A stretch of DNA of 62,516 nt, the filler included, from Rhabdomonas costata (lineage: Eukaryota), in NCBI GenBank assembly GCA_019059605.1. It is 23 parts of 23 records of this genome, joined end to end, with 100 filler letters (N's around TTAATTAATTAA, not from the genome) between each part and the next. Parts side by side here need not be neighbours in the genome. Positions count along the whole stretch, not along the records: positions 24,511 to 27,131 come from JAHMHO010002584.1; positions 27,232 to 29,855 come from JAHMHO010002585.1; positions 29,956 to 32,578 come from JAHMHO010002586.1; positions 32,679 to 35,299 come from JAHMHO010002587.1; positions 35,400 to 38,020 come from JAHMHO010002588.1; 18 more parts are not named here. The stretch is one strand, 5' to 3'. The notes beneath the pieces were generated by a model, which did not search any database, was not told the origin of the DNA, and saw nothing but the letters and a program-made list of their open reading frames with translations. Below are positions 25,640 through 37,715 of the stretch, one piece after another; position 1 is the first letter of the stretch; every line of letters starts with the position of its first letter. The translations under genes were made by a program, and so were the position numbers.

Positions 25640-26820
25640 TATGCAAAGTAGTTCGATACAATGCCCCCATGCAGTACTGAACAGCTGTTTACTGAAAGCG
25701 TTGCATTCACACGCGAATATCGTTTTTGGATAAGTCTGTAGATACGGTACCAAGTCCGCTGCTTAAATGAGGCTAATGCAGATGGATTGAGCCCAAAAAT
25801 GTTGAGAAGTTGGTAACGTTACTTCAAACCGTTGAAAAAACGGCTACATCTAAGTTTGGCAAATTACGTTGGATTAACAAAAGCAATAACAGTAGAACCT
25901 AGAACCTCGTTTGCCATTTTGCTCGCGTCAGCAAAGGTACTTCTTTAGAGGCCTGGAAGCGCATAAATGAGAAAATGGACTGTATTGGCAAACAACGTAA
26001 AGCACCTTTTTCACGAAAACAAAGCTGATTAAAACATCGCCCATTAGATTAATCATGGAAGAGTTCCTCCATGTTGTAATTTTGGTGCATCACTCTTTAT
26101 AGATTTCGCCACCATTCTTTTTAAATAATCTTGAGCATCAACAGGCACAACCAAAATCACACATTATCCGCGATTTGTATTAAATGGAGCATTAAACAAA
26201 ATGCAAAAATACTTTATCAAAGTTTGTGATGCACAACCGCCATTTTCACAGAATCAAAAGTCTGTTAATGTCGAATAAAACGATGGACATTCTTGTGATT
26301 AAGGCTCACCAAAACAAATTGGTTGGGGTTGAACGCTTTATTACCTGTTGAAGAAAGCATCAAGCACGAAAATAATGTCAACTGTTGCTTTGTGTCCGCA
26401 TCTTACGGAAGTGGTCACTCACTTGTGGACGATTGAAAACTTTTGGCGTGCTTGTACACATTTTATGTGCGGAAAATACGAGAATCTGTACGTTTTTATC
26501 ACAAGTTCTATTGCATGCCAATTGTAGAATACTCTCATGATTTGTCAGCATTAAAAACTTCATGGATTGAATGCACCGATATGGTGGAAGTAATGTGGTG
26601 GAAGTTGGTTCTATGTACCCTTCGTTTCATGGCGTTTCAAAGCCTCATTAGTCAGCTCTATTATTTATTTATTATTTTATTTATTATTTATTTATTATTT
26701 ATTATTTAAATATTTTTGAATAACGGTTACACTTTTGCGATTGTCATTTTTGTTGTTTTTTTGTTTCTGTGTTCATCTTCTGACTCTGTCAAGCTGGAGC
26801 ATAATTGCTCACAAATAAAG
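25640..26820 (+). mobile_element. Possible highly decayed hAT-type transposase relic in AT-rich DNA
   Basis: Frameshifted fragments in hAT order: VRYNA (cf. TRWNS), LL-KPLKK-ATSK, MWWK-GSMYPSF, and LEHNCS (cf. ERxFS). Many stops. Confidence 0.25.
26659..26707. repeat. (TTA/TTTA)n low-complexity tract
   Basis: Seen directly. Confidence 0.85.
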
Positions 26821-29800
26821 TGCATGTGAGGCCACATGGAGGATTTGGAAGGTTTTTATGGGGAATACTCTAAAGTTCGAAACCAAGATGCTCTTTCCTT
26901 ACTTATGACACAGGATAACAAAACTCCCAGGTGTGAAAAACGTGCTGCGCACTGAGCCTCGTGCGCTGCTTTCATTCATTTCATTTGGTTGCATACTAGT
27001 CGGACCAATCTTGCGGCCCTCTCCAGCACATTACAAAGGCATAAACTAACTAATTTGTTCACCCCTTTGGAGGACGATAAGCGCATGTAAAACTGCTGAA
27101 AAATTTGATTCGTACTCTAGTACACCACAACNNNNNNNNNNNNNNNNNNNNNNNNNNNNNNNNNNNNNNNNNNNNTTAATTAATTAANNNNNNNNNNNNN
27201 NNNNNNNNNNNNNNNNNNNNNNNNNNNNNNNTGTGGTTTTTACAGGTGAAAGAGACGAGGACGCCGTGATTTCAGAGCATTTTCACCGACAAGTTAAGCA
27301 GGTCTCTAGGCTCAGGGGATGCAGGCGGAGAAGAAGGACAGGGTGGTGTGTTACAAAGCACAGAGGGTCCCTTCTTTTGTCTGAGATTTACAAATTTACG
27401 TAAGGCGTAGATGAAATCGAAAAAGTCGTCAGGTCGTTTGTTTTCCAGGGTGTTTTTCTCGTTGTATTTCGCCCTTTGTTGTTTCAGAGGTGCCCTAAAA
27501 GAACCACCGCCGAGCCGCGGCCAGAGCCGAGCGGAGACCAGGAGGGCCCGGCAGAGGGTATAGAGGCGGTGGGTTTGCAGAGCGTGAGGGGTGGAACGCG
27601 GCCGAATTACACAGGACCGGGTGTGTGCAGTCGTGTGGCCCTTCCGCATCCTTTGCTTTGGTAGTGAGATCGGGGAAAGGCATAAGCGGCAGGACCCGCC
27701 CGGTGCAACCCTTCCAAAAACCAAGAAGATGTGAGCCCTTAGGCTCGGCAAATCGACCCTATCTGTGCCCTGAGCATCTCACCCCACCCCCCTTCATTTG
27801 CGGAAGCTTTGCCACAAAAGGTTTCCAGATTCCAAAACGGCTTGGTAGAGGGAAGTGGTCGGCCCCCCCCCCGCTTTCAGAAAGGCGACACTCGAGGAAA
27901 GCAGCTCCAAAGCGACCCCAGGGAAGTGCAGAAGGGAAGCCAAGGTCTAGGTTCGGGTCACCTAAGTCAGTCGAGGCTGCGCCCACCTTGTGCAAGCAAG
28001 GTCGGGATAAAGTCCAGCGCGCGCCGGGTCCAGAGGCATCACCACCTACAAAAGTATGCGCCGCGGCAGTGCCCCCGCAATATCCTTGGAGTGTGACTTT
28101 AGCGGGCAGCAACTTGCTTTGGGACTTCTCGGAAGCAATGTCTTACGTTCACGCAACCCGCCCGTCCGTCAAGGGGTGCTAGCTCGACTAAGGACTTTTC
28201 GAACTAAGGAGCTATTTCCCTTCCTTCTGTTCCGCCATGACGAGGCCACAAGTAGTTTATAACAATTTTTCCCTTATGTTTCTAATCCTTTACTGTGATT
28301 GCTTCTGCGGGGGTAAAAGGTTTCGTGTTTGTAAGGTCTTCGTTCGAAAAAAACCGGGGCTGCACGGGGCGCGGTAGGGGGCTGCCTTGGTACGCTCGTT
28401 TTTTCTCGGTGTCTGGGGGGGTTGGTTTATCATTTCTCCCCGCTGCAAACCGGTGGAGAAAAAGCTGTAGAAATAAACAAAACCCTTCAAAACGGAGCCC
28501 TTTCTTTCAAATTCGTTAGAAAAACAAAAAAGGACACAAAGTCGGTGGGATGGACAAAAAAGAATTTCACCCTGCTGAGGCCGGTTGGTCGCACTCTGCT
28601 ACCAGGTGGTTACAATAGCGACTCTGACTGACATCAACTGCTTCAGACGCTTGCGCGGTAGTTGCTGTTCAGTGACCATGGCTTCGCTCGTGATTGTGAA
28701 GCAATCTGAACCTCACAAATTCAACAGGTCTGGCACTGCATGTTCCCAGAGGTAAGCGGTAGGTACAGTAGAGGCTGCGGAGGTGGTTCTGGTCCCTCTT
28801 TACTGGAAACTTCAACCGAATGGACCACCAGCCCAGGAAACAAAGCTGTGTTGGAAGAAAACCGCAGTGGTTGCAAAAGAAAAGTGGGGTTGTGGAAAAC
28901 AAAAATAATCAGGTATTGTAAGCATTCCTAGCCAATCTTCCAGCGTTAACTGCTCAAAAACTTTCTCCATCACTCTTGTTTTCTGTCTTTGTGACTCGTG
29001 CACCTCCACGTTCTCACTCCTACTTAATATACTGGTACTACCCTTGACTGGAGGTTTCAACACACGATCTCTAAGCGCCAGATTCCTGTGCTGCTTCGCA
29101 GTCAGCAACACACGCTTAGCGGTGTAGCATCGCCCAGCAGAGACACCGCCTGCATTGCGCGTGACAGTGGGTCCGGATGGCTTCCAGGCTTTAATCGCAC
29201 GTCTGCTGGTTACTGTCCTCAACTGCTTACCGCATCGCACGTTACAGCAAGTTTAGATCTCTTGACAGGGGCACTGACCGCAGTGACTATGACAGTGAGT
29301 ATGCGTCGCGGTTGGACTGCGGTTCCACATTAGATTAACGTACATCTGTCGAAGTTCCTCCAGTGGTGGCAATCTCGAAACGCACAATGACTGTCGTTAG
29401 GTCGAATTATTTTTGATTTGACGCATCAGACTTAATGGGTGCAACACACATGTTGTATCACAACCGGCGCAGACGCAGCCCGCATCGCAAGGTGAAGCGA
29501 TCGCGCTCGGTCCTGTTGTCTTGATGACATGGGTCAAAGTTTCAAAAGCAGTGGAAGTAGAATTCGAATCTTTCCTGGATCCCGTTGAGACACCGATAGG
29601 CTTACTCCTGACGCCTCGTACGAATCCATTGAACCACTCCACCCGAGCGGGTTTCATTGGCAGTGCGCAGCACACGCAGGGCCGTTGGATGTTAGTCGGT
29701 GGTTCATCGTCGCATGAAGATGACTCCGTCCGATGTAAGCCCAGCGCCTCGTCTTCACCTGGTAGTCCGTCCTTACATTACAATACTTGTAAAACTCTCC

Positions 29801-30280
29801 CCAGATCTACACAACAACACGCTCCGTTCTAGACAGCGTTGGGCTCAACCACACCNNNNNNNNNNNNNNNNNNNNNNNNNNNNNNNNNNNNNNNNNNNNT
29901 TAATTAATTAANNNNNNNNNNNNNNNNNNNNNNNNNNNNNNNNNNNNNNNNNNNNGTTTTGTTTTTACTGCTAACTCTAACTTGCCCGTTTTGCTGCTGA
30001 GTATGTACAGTATGCGCATCTTGCCCTTTGCGGCGGTTTGTTTTGACATTCTGCAAAACGAGCTGCTGTGGACTCGACGATCTGTCCTGCGTATGCACAA
30101 ACACATTGTTAACACGTAGTGTGAATACCGGCCCTGAAGTGCCCGCCTCACCGTTCTCTTACCTTGCGTCCTGCTCTGCTTCGTGAGCATTTTGGGGTTG
30201 ATTGTTTTATTTGAATGAAAATGAATACATTTGACAGAGCGCATGTGCTTGTGAGTAGGGGTGGGGGTGATTCTTCGCAG

Positions 30281-32064
30281 CACCGGATGGCACGGCTGCT
30301 GGTTGTGGTGGCGCGGGGTTTCGCCCACGCCGAGGCCTCGTGCGGGGTCACTGGGCCCTGGCTGGAGGTGCAGGGCACGGCACTGCTGCAGCTGCGATAC
30401 CTCCTGGACCGCCACCCCAACCTTGCCAAGGCATGTGGCCTTGGGCTTGAGTCTCAGGATCTTTAGACTGGGTTGGGCCATTGACTGCCCAGATGTCTGT
30501 GTTTTTGCATCATCCACACACTGCGTTTGCTGAAAGGAAAGGCGTCTAGCACGTGGTGGGGAGGGGTTGCCCGACGTATCTCATGTGTATCTACCACGGG
30601 GGCTGTTGTAAACCCTCCGCTGCGTGGGGCAAGAAGCGCCACAAAAGGGATAACATAGAGACCCACGCAACTGGAAGCCAAGGCATATGTACTTGTGTTA
30701 TTTTCTCGGGTGCGGGCAGGACTACGTGCAGCTGGTTCGGCGGCTGCCCAGCGAGCGGGTGCAGGTCTTCGACGTGGGGCTGCTCCTCGGTCTCTGCCGT
30801 GGTGCCGGCACTGTGGATGCCCACAGCTCTTCGCTCGCCGACAGCGACCCCACAGGGGTGCTCCCCAGCGTTTCCGCCCGAAGCGCGGGGTCCATGGGAG
30901 TCAGCGCCGGGCAGGCTCTGGCCTGCCTGCGGGCAAAGCTGCTGGAGGCTCCAACCGCCGTTGGGGCCCTAAGCGGCGCCATGGCTCGCCAGAACAACGC
31001 TGCTCAGGTTGGTTGCTGGGCCGAGGGGATTATAGCCAGTTGGTTGAGCTTTTCAACCAGCGTTTTCCATGGCTTTTAAAGCATCTGGCTTGCTCAAGTC
31101 TCAAGGCAGCAATCCTTCTCGTTCGTGGAACCAAAGTGGAACAGACGATAGCTCCCACAACGCTCAAACACAGGAACGGACACACCGACCAACTGTCCCG
31201 TCCCAAAAAATGAAATGAGGGCGCATGGAGCTGGTCTCGACTCTAACCCGCAGGCCCTTCTCAGCATTGCGCAGCGCACGGTGGGCTGGGACCACCTCCT
31301 GGACAGCGCCATGGGAGTGGGGTTTGCGCTGCTCCACTACAGCCCCTCCCCCTTCTCCTCCTCCACCGCAAGAACCGCCGGGCGCTCCAGCTCCGCCGGG
31401 CCCTTGCCGCAGTGGTGGGATAGTTGGCATGGCGCTGAGCTGTGGGCCTTGGAAGCCGCCGCAAGCCTCCCAAAAGCCCTGACGGCGGTATGGCGCTTCC
31501 GCATGCTAGATGCTTCGCCCTTTTCGTTATTTTTCCACAAGCAGTGCATACGAGTGCGAAGGGTTCATATCGCTCTCAAGATCGAGTCTTCCATCGGCTG
31601 ATATTTTGTGGGGTTCTATGTCGCCCCCATTTTGAGTACCACGTGCGGTAGAAGTTCGCATGAATTTAGTGATCGAGGAATGTTTTGGATTGTCGGTCAC
31701 TCTTTGGCCGATGAGGGTTGTTGAAATGTGGGTAGCTGCCTGAGAAGCTTGTTGTGGAGCGTTATGGCAGCCTCAAAGTACCAGTATACGATGTACCATA
31801 AATACCAGTTCCCACTGCTCAACTGTTGTTATGGTCGATTGCGCCGTGATGTCAGCGGTCTTTTTGGGGTGCTTTGTGGTGTTGGCCCCGCTTCAAAAGG
31901 AGGGCTCGAGGAGCCCGGGGATGCCTAGCCCTGCGCCGCCCGCTGTGGCGCTTGGGGTGGGGGTGCTGCGGCGGCTGTTTGAGACCCACGAACAGGCCCG
32001 AGGGGCGATCCTGGATCGCGCCCTGCGCACAGTGCTCCACATCGTGAGCAGTAGCACCGCCACT
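30281..32064 (+). CDS. FANCI: Fanconi anaemia group I protein (internal exons)
   Basis: Exons: 30281-30430 (EVQGTALLQL, GC donor), 30720-31007 (FDVGLLL), 31254-31487 (GWDHLLDSAMGVGFALL), 31900-about 32064 (LGVGVLRRLFETHEQARGAILD). Collinear with FANCI motifs VEGTIILHI, FSIALLL, SWDHV...LGFILM and [22 protein letters not shown] as recalled. Confidence 0.8.
30598..30636 (-). repeat. Dispersed intronic motif, copy 2
   Basis: Reverse complement matches 1584-1622 at 36/39. Confidence 0.75.
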
Positions 32065-32680
32065 GGCGTGTTTGTCGGCCGCCTTCTTCTTCCCTTCCTT
32101 TCATGTCTGTTATTGCCTGAAGTCTCTCTCAAGATGCCTTTCTGCTGTTTGTATCCACTGACTATAAACCCATTTTTGAACGAACTTTGGGAACAGGCCT
32201 TCGCTTCTGCGCATAATATCGCGTTAGTTCCATTTTGGTCCAGTACAGAGGCCTTTCCTCGCAGGGAGGTGGGAGGGCGCCACTTCTCAGGAAGACTGTT
32301 TCAATGTGCGCCGTTCAAGCGTTCAAGCAGTTGCGTTCCAAAACATCAGGTCCGTTGATAGAATTCCGTCGTGTTCCCGCACGCGACGTCACCAGCGTGA
32401 TAGACAACCGTCACGATTGGTGTCCGTCACCGTAATGCCCTCCGCAACGCGGCCCAATTGTGCGGCTCGGCGGGAACGTGCGTCGCTTTTAGCGATTTTT
32501 CGCTTGTATGGTCCGTTAGGAATGAGTACCTCACCCCAACGTCATGCAACGTCAATCGCACAGAGATACCCACCCCCCNNNNNNNNNNNNNNNNNNNNNN
32601 NNNNNNNNNNNNNNNNNNNNNNTTAATTAATTAANNNNNNNNNNNNNNNNNNNNNNNNNNNNNNNNNNNNNNNNNNNNGG

Positions 32681-33565
32681 TTGGTTTTGATACTGGTGCC
32701 TTATTCGATGCTTACTCCAATTCTTTATCCTTTCTTACGCATCCAGCGGCTCGATCCTCTGACATTTGGTGGTTTTTTCACGTTCGCTGGAAGAAATCAG
32801 ACAGTGGCGTGGAGAAATCATGGGGTGGGGCTACCGAGCATATCCCACCACATTTTTCAACAATTTCTTTTGATGCACCGCACCAAAATGGACACCGCGT
32901 TGTTTTTCTCACAGTTTGAAGGCCTCCGAAAGAGCAGCGGTCAGAGCTTTTCAGGTTTCGGTCAGGGGCAGTCTAATTTGAGGCTTGAAGCCAATGTTTG
33001 GAGAGACAGGCTTGTTTCCGCTGTGCATTATATCATTCCCGACTCTGCCGCGGACTTCTACCAGGCAGCATTGGAGATTCTCAAGAAGGACAATGAGGAG
33101 AAGTTTGAAGAGTGGGAAAACATGTACACTCAGTTGGAGCTCATGAGCCCGCATTCTCGTTCATGGGCTTCCAGTCCCGCTAGCGGTGGCTCAGTTTCAC
33201 TTGGCAGGCGAGTGCCTTCCAAATGCTTTCCCAGGGCTAGTCATCATCTGTGGGCTTCTGCTGAGGTTGAACCTGACCCAAACGGGGAGATAAGTTCGCT
33301 TCTCGATAAATCCCCCCCGTTTAACTTTTACGGCGTGGAGTGCACTGATGGGACAGGGGTTTCCCGAAAGTTCCTCATGATTAAGCATCCCAAGGATAAC
33401 AGAATCCAAGGGACTTGCGCGCTCAAGTGCGTTCCTTGCGAGTTGAGACTTACAAATTTGCTACTGGACCAAATGGGCGCAGATCGCCGAGAAATAAACG
33501 TCATTCCTGCCAATGCTGATGATTTGAAGGGCGGAGATTTGTCGAGAAGCGAGCTTATTTCGTGA
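32681..33565 (+). CDS. Unknown protein, paralog A of a convergent pair
   Basis: 294-codon frame whose core (W.D.L.SAVH.I.PDS..DFYQ..LE.LKKD...FEEWE...CFPR..HHLWA...EISSLLDKSPPF) is shared with ORF 33328-34011 on the minus strand. Many differences fall at synonymous positions. Confidence 0.65.
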   Translation: MVLILVPYSMLTPILYPFLRIQRLDPLTFGGFFTFAGRNQTVAWRNHGVGLPSISHHIFQQFLLMHRTKMDTALFFSQFEGLRKSSGQSFSGFGQGQSNLRLEANVWRDRLVSAVHYIIPDSAADFYQAALEILKKDNEEKFEEWENMYTQLELMSPHSRSWASSPASGGSVSLGRRVPSKCFPRASHHLWASAEVEPDPNGEISSLLDKSPPFNFYGVECTDGTGVSRKFLMIKHPKDNRIQGTCALKCVPCELRLTNLLLDQMGADRREINVIPANADDLKGGDLSRSELIS

Positions 33566-34011
33566 TTTGGGTCAGGGTCAGGGTCAGGAAAAGCCCACAG
33601 ATGATGGCCAGTCCTGGGAAAGCATGTGGTAGGGGGCAGATCACTGATCGATAATGAGCCACCGGAAACGGGACTTGAAGCCCCAAAACTTGAAAGCGGT
33701 TTCAAGTGCTCATCCAATTCAGCTTCCATCCTCTCCCACTCTTCAAACTGTTCCCCATAATCTTTCTTGAGGTTCTCCAATGTAGTCTGATAGAAATCCA
33801 CCACGGAATCGGGAAAAATGAAGTGCACAGCGGAAGCAAGCTTGTCCTTCCACAGACTGGGTTTCACGTTAAACTGCTCCTGCCCACGTGAAAAGGACCG
33901 AGCATAGCTCTTTCCGAGTGCACCGGACTGAGAAAAAGAAAACCAGATATGCTCATAGATATGGTGGAGGGTTGGGTACACAAGGGGTCCATACACAAGA
34001 TAATCCATCAA
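33328..34011 (-). CDS. Unknown protein, paralog B of a convergent pair
   Basis: 227-codon frame homologous to 32681-33565 (+). Confidence 0.65.
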   Translation of the reverse strand: MMDYLVYGPLVYPTLHHIYEHIWFSFSQSGALGKSYARSFSRGQEQFNVKPSLWKDKLASAVHFIFPDSVVDFYQTTLENLKKDYGEQFEEWERMEAELDEHLKPLSSFGASSPVSGGSLSISDLPPTTCFPRTGHHLWAFPDPDPDPNHEISSLLDKSPPFKSSALAGMTFISRRSAPIWSSSKFVSLNSQGTHLSAQVPWILLSLGCLIMRNFRETPVPSVHSTP

Positions 34012-34191
34012 ATGTTAGAGTAATCCACATCCCATTCTTCCCAAGTGTCTTCCGGTTGCCACTTTCATGTTTCTATATTTACACCGATTTCACTCCTGTT
34101 TCGTACACCTTTGCCCCACAGCGAATCACTTCAGCACAATTATTACAGTGCATTCCAAACGCACACCCTTCCTCCTTCAAAGGTTTTCCAC

Positions 34192-34986
34192 TCATACCGC
34201 ATGAACAAGAAATGGCAGCAACACATACAATAAAACACAACTGCGGCAGAGAACAAATACCTCTTCTGACGTTGCCAGTCCTCGATTACACAATGGCAGA
34301 GGTGGAACCTGGACCTTTCGAGCCGGAGCTTCTTCGCGGAAGCGAACACATTTAGATATCACTGGATCTGCACCGGATTGGACGAGCCGTCCACTGTGGT
34401 AAAGCGATAGCTGCGGTTGAAGCTCCTGCAGCTGCAAATGAATCAGCTGAAGCCTGGTGGTGTCTCTCTTTGCCCTCTCCACTGCATCCAGCAATTCACA
34501 CGCTAGCGCAGAGACTGCCACTCTCAGTTGGTCGTGATCTGCAGTGACCTGGGGGGACCCAGCCTCACTTTTTAGGACAGGCGTGTGGGCTTCCAGCGAC
34601 ACAATCCAGGAGGTCGCCTGGCTGAGAAGCATCTGAGTCTGCTTCTCCAGCTCAGTGAAGCTGCGCAAGACGCTTTGAGGCCACAATGGTTGTTCGGGTT
34701 CGGGAGAAACAGTGTCCATCAGACACTGCAGAAGTGGAACCACCATCCCACGACCCTTTGGCCACTGTTCCATTTCCGAGTGGCCCGCCGGTTCACCTTC
34801 CCCATGATCGTTCAGAGAATTTAGGCCGGCAATGGGGGATGAAGGAGATGTGGCTCCGGGCCTCTGTTGAGGGCAAGTGTTCGGCTCCGGCGGCGGTGAA
34901 ATGCTCATCGGGGGCAGAGCGGAAGCAGCCATACAAGCAGGAACGGAATGCTCGGGAGCTCCGCCAAGTCCTGACGCGGTTTTCAA
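34192..34986 (-). CDS. Unknown protein with Pro/Ser-rich then helical segment; possibly an upstream exon of paralog B
   Basis: 264-codon frame with protein-like composition, on the same strand and just upstream of paralog B. True boundaries are uncertain. Confidence 0.45.
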   Translation of the reverse strand: MKTASGLGGAPEHSVPACMAASALPPMSISPPPEPNTCPQQRPGATSPSSPIAGLNSLNDHGEGEPAGHSEMEQWPKGRGMVVPLLQCLMDTVSPEPEQPLWPQSVLRSFTELEKQTQMLLSQATSWIVSLEAHTPVLKSEAGSPQVTADHDQLRVAVSALACELLDAVERAKRDTTRLQLIHLQLQELQPQLSLYHSGRLVQSGADPVISKCVRFREEAPARKVQVPPLPLCNRGLATSEEVFVLCRSCVLLYVLLPFLVHAV

Positions 34987-35610
34987 GGAAGGTTCAGAGC
35001 CGAGCGATATGGAACCCCAGGGATCAGAAGCCAGTTGAGTATCTAAAACAGAAGTTTCAAACGGTCAAATTTGGCGGAAAGAAGACAAACACCCCAAGAA
35101 ACAGTACCGAAATACCGCACCATCAAACTGGGTGACGAATTCTGAACCGAGCTGCATTGGTTTCACTTTAATATGTTTTCAAAATATATATTCTCCAAAT
35201 ATCCGAGCCTTAGGCGTCACCACAACGGTGATAATCATCAACACAAGCACCTCACAGTTCAATCTGAGTTCAGTCCCCATCGATGGGTAACCACAAACAN
35301 NNNNNNNNNNNNNNNNNNNNNNNNNNNNNNNNNNNNNNNNNNNTTAATTAATTAANNNNNNNNNNNNNNNNNNNNNNNNNNNNNNNNNNNNNNNNNNNNT
35401 TGTGTGTGTGTGAATGAAGCAGACAAATAACCGCCGAACCAAACCCAAACTGCAAAGCCGAAGCATCCTTTGAAACTGTGGGCTACCCGAAAGGCCGGTA
35501 CCCCCTGACTCGTGCCCCTCAACCCTCAGTGGCTCTTTCTACCAGTATAAGACCCGAGATTCTGAAAAACCATCAAGCAAAAATGCTGGAAAATAGAGGA
35601 AGGGTAACAC

Positions 35611-37715
35611 CTGCGCCATTGCGTCCAGAAGGGCCTTCATCGGTCGGGCACCCCCCATAAAGCCCCCACTGCAGACGGCGGCTTTATTCCGCACCCTTCT
35701 CAGCTCTTCGGCTCCAAAGCTAAGCATCGCCCCAGCAGCAACCGTGCGTTAAATTAAGGTACGTCAGTGGAAAATACAAAAAAGTAACAAAACCCTCAAA
35801 GGTGGGGGACAGAGTGCGGCACATGCTACGCTACGTTCAACGCTGTTAATTCCTCCATGAAAAAACAATTGCCTGTTTCAGCAAAGGAAAGGAACAGGCA
35901 GGAAGTGAGAAAACGGGAGCCAATTGGATAGGGAATCGGAATTGTGCAATTTCATTTTTTTGCATTTCTAGGGCTCTTCCAAAGACACAGCGACCTCCAC
36001 GAATCAATTTCCGAACACAATGCAGTGTGACGGGAAAAAGCCCATCCTCCCTATGCTAGGAATGCCTCCTCGTAGGAAATCGAAGAAGGAGAATGTCGCA
36101 ATGAGGGAACGAATGAAGACGGAGCGGAGGCACCAGATGTACATCCACCACGCGTTGAAGGGCTCATCCCCAATGGAGATCTGGTTGTGCTCGGGAAAGG
36201 CCAACTGTGACCAGAAAATAGGACCAAAGGACAGTCGCGAGAGAACGGAGGAACGATCGGAGGGGTGGGAACGAGATGCTGTGTGTGTGTGTGGGGAGGA
36301 GCTCTTCTGTCAGAAACTAGGGTCCCTCCACTTTTCATCAAAACTAGCTGAAGTTTTTGGAAGACTTCTTCTCGACACAGCCAAGGTGTGGGAGAGGATT
36401 CGGGTCTGAAGGGAGAGGGAGGATGGCGGTGGAGGGGCTAACGTAAAACCACAACAAGATCTAAAGATTAAAGCCTGTGCGTCTCGCTCCCATAACAACC
36501 TCTTGCTTGTGAAGAACGAGCGTATCGAAGAAAACCATGATGAGCCCCCCCCTTCCCAAATCTCTTATACGTGGAGGTACGTGTAGGTCCTGGAAGTGTG
36601 AGTCTTTAACTTCGACACAACAGCCCCTGCGGGGCAGTGACTCTAAATGCTGAAATTTCTAAACAGCAGCTGACATCGCTGATGCCCAAAAGCGACTTTG
36701 TGTGAGTGTGATTGCGTCGGGAAGGGGGTTAGGGACTTCCACACGAAGCTGCAAAGAAGGGATTCGGGAGATTGTCAATAAGCTGAAGGTGACCAATTCA
36801 TTATTAGCGCGGAGCAAAAAAACATTAAGCATTAGCGTGCAGTGGGCAGTGAAGCAGACCATTCCTGTCAACGGAGCCAAGCCAATGAAGGGATCGCTCT
36901 GGAAGACCACATCTCTGGCGTCGCACACCAGCACGTTGCCATACCTGTTTTTTCGGGAGGGGACGGGGGAGTGAGCACCAGCAAAATATGCAAGTAGTAC
37001 GAGCGATGAATTCAAGTGCTTTTTTAATTCATCAGGGAGTGCCTCTAAAAATCTGAAGCGGCCAAGTAGGGATTTCAGAGCTCGCTTTGCCAAAGTTTTA
37101 GACAGCTGCTCTTTGGAAGAAGGAAGAAAAAAGGTCAAAAATCATTGGACATCAAAAATATGACGTGGAAGCTGTTTCGTGCAGCATTATAAAATTCACA
37201 ATCGATTCCAAGGCGGAATGCGAGGAACAACAAAACGGACAGAAGTTAGGAATACACAGAGAGGGAATTGAAGGATACGGAAGGGGTGGGGGACGCTTCC
37301 ATGTGAAGTGCACCATCCTAATTTTAGCACGTGAAACCGAAAACTCAGAACATATGCTTTTAGTCTCAGTCGTATTATAAACGTTTGAAGTGTGTCATAT
37401 GCACAAGTGCCAGCCCAGCGGCATTTTAAAGTAGTGTTCCCAGGGCTTTATGGAAACATAGTAAAGTCTGCGCTTCGGGAACGTGTAACTTACCTTAGCT
37501 TTGGCGGCGGTTGCAGCTTTGGCGGCGATGAAAGCGCCCCATCCAATTTGCAGCACAGTGGCGGTGGGGAAGGAGAGGGAGTGAGACCTTCCCATAGTTC
37601 GATTAAGGTATCCCGCAAACACTCCAAAGCGGCCATTTTCCGGCCTCGGCCTCAGAGGAAAGGGCAGGCCCACCACCTCCACGACAACTTTGCGTTGGAG
37701 CTTGGCCTGGCTCAC
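35611..37715 (-). CDS. Uncharacterised glycosyltransferase-like protein (DxRD-V-FQxDPF type), internal exons
   Basis: Exons 37715-37588, 36944-36860, 36204-36134 and 35719-35611 join in frame by GT-AG introns: RFGVFAGYL...RYGNVLVCDARDVVFQSDPF...IGDEPFNAWWMYICFG...AVCSGGFMGG. Confidence 0.65.
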
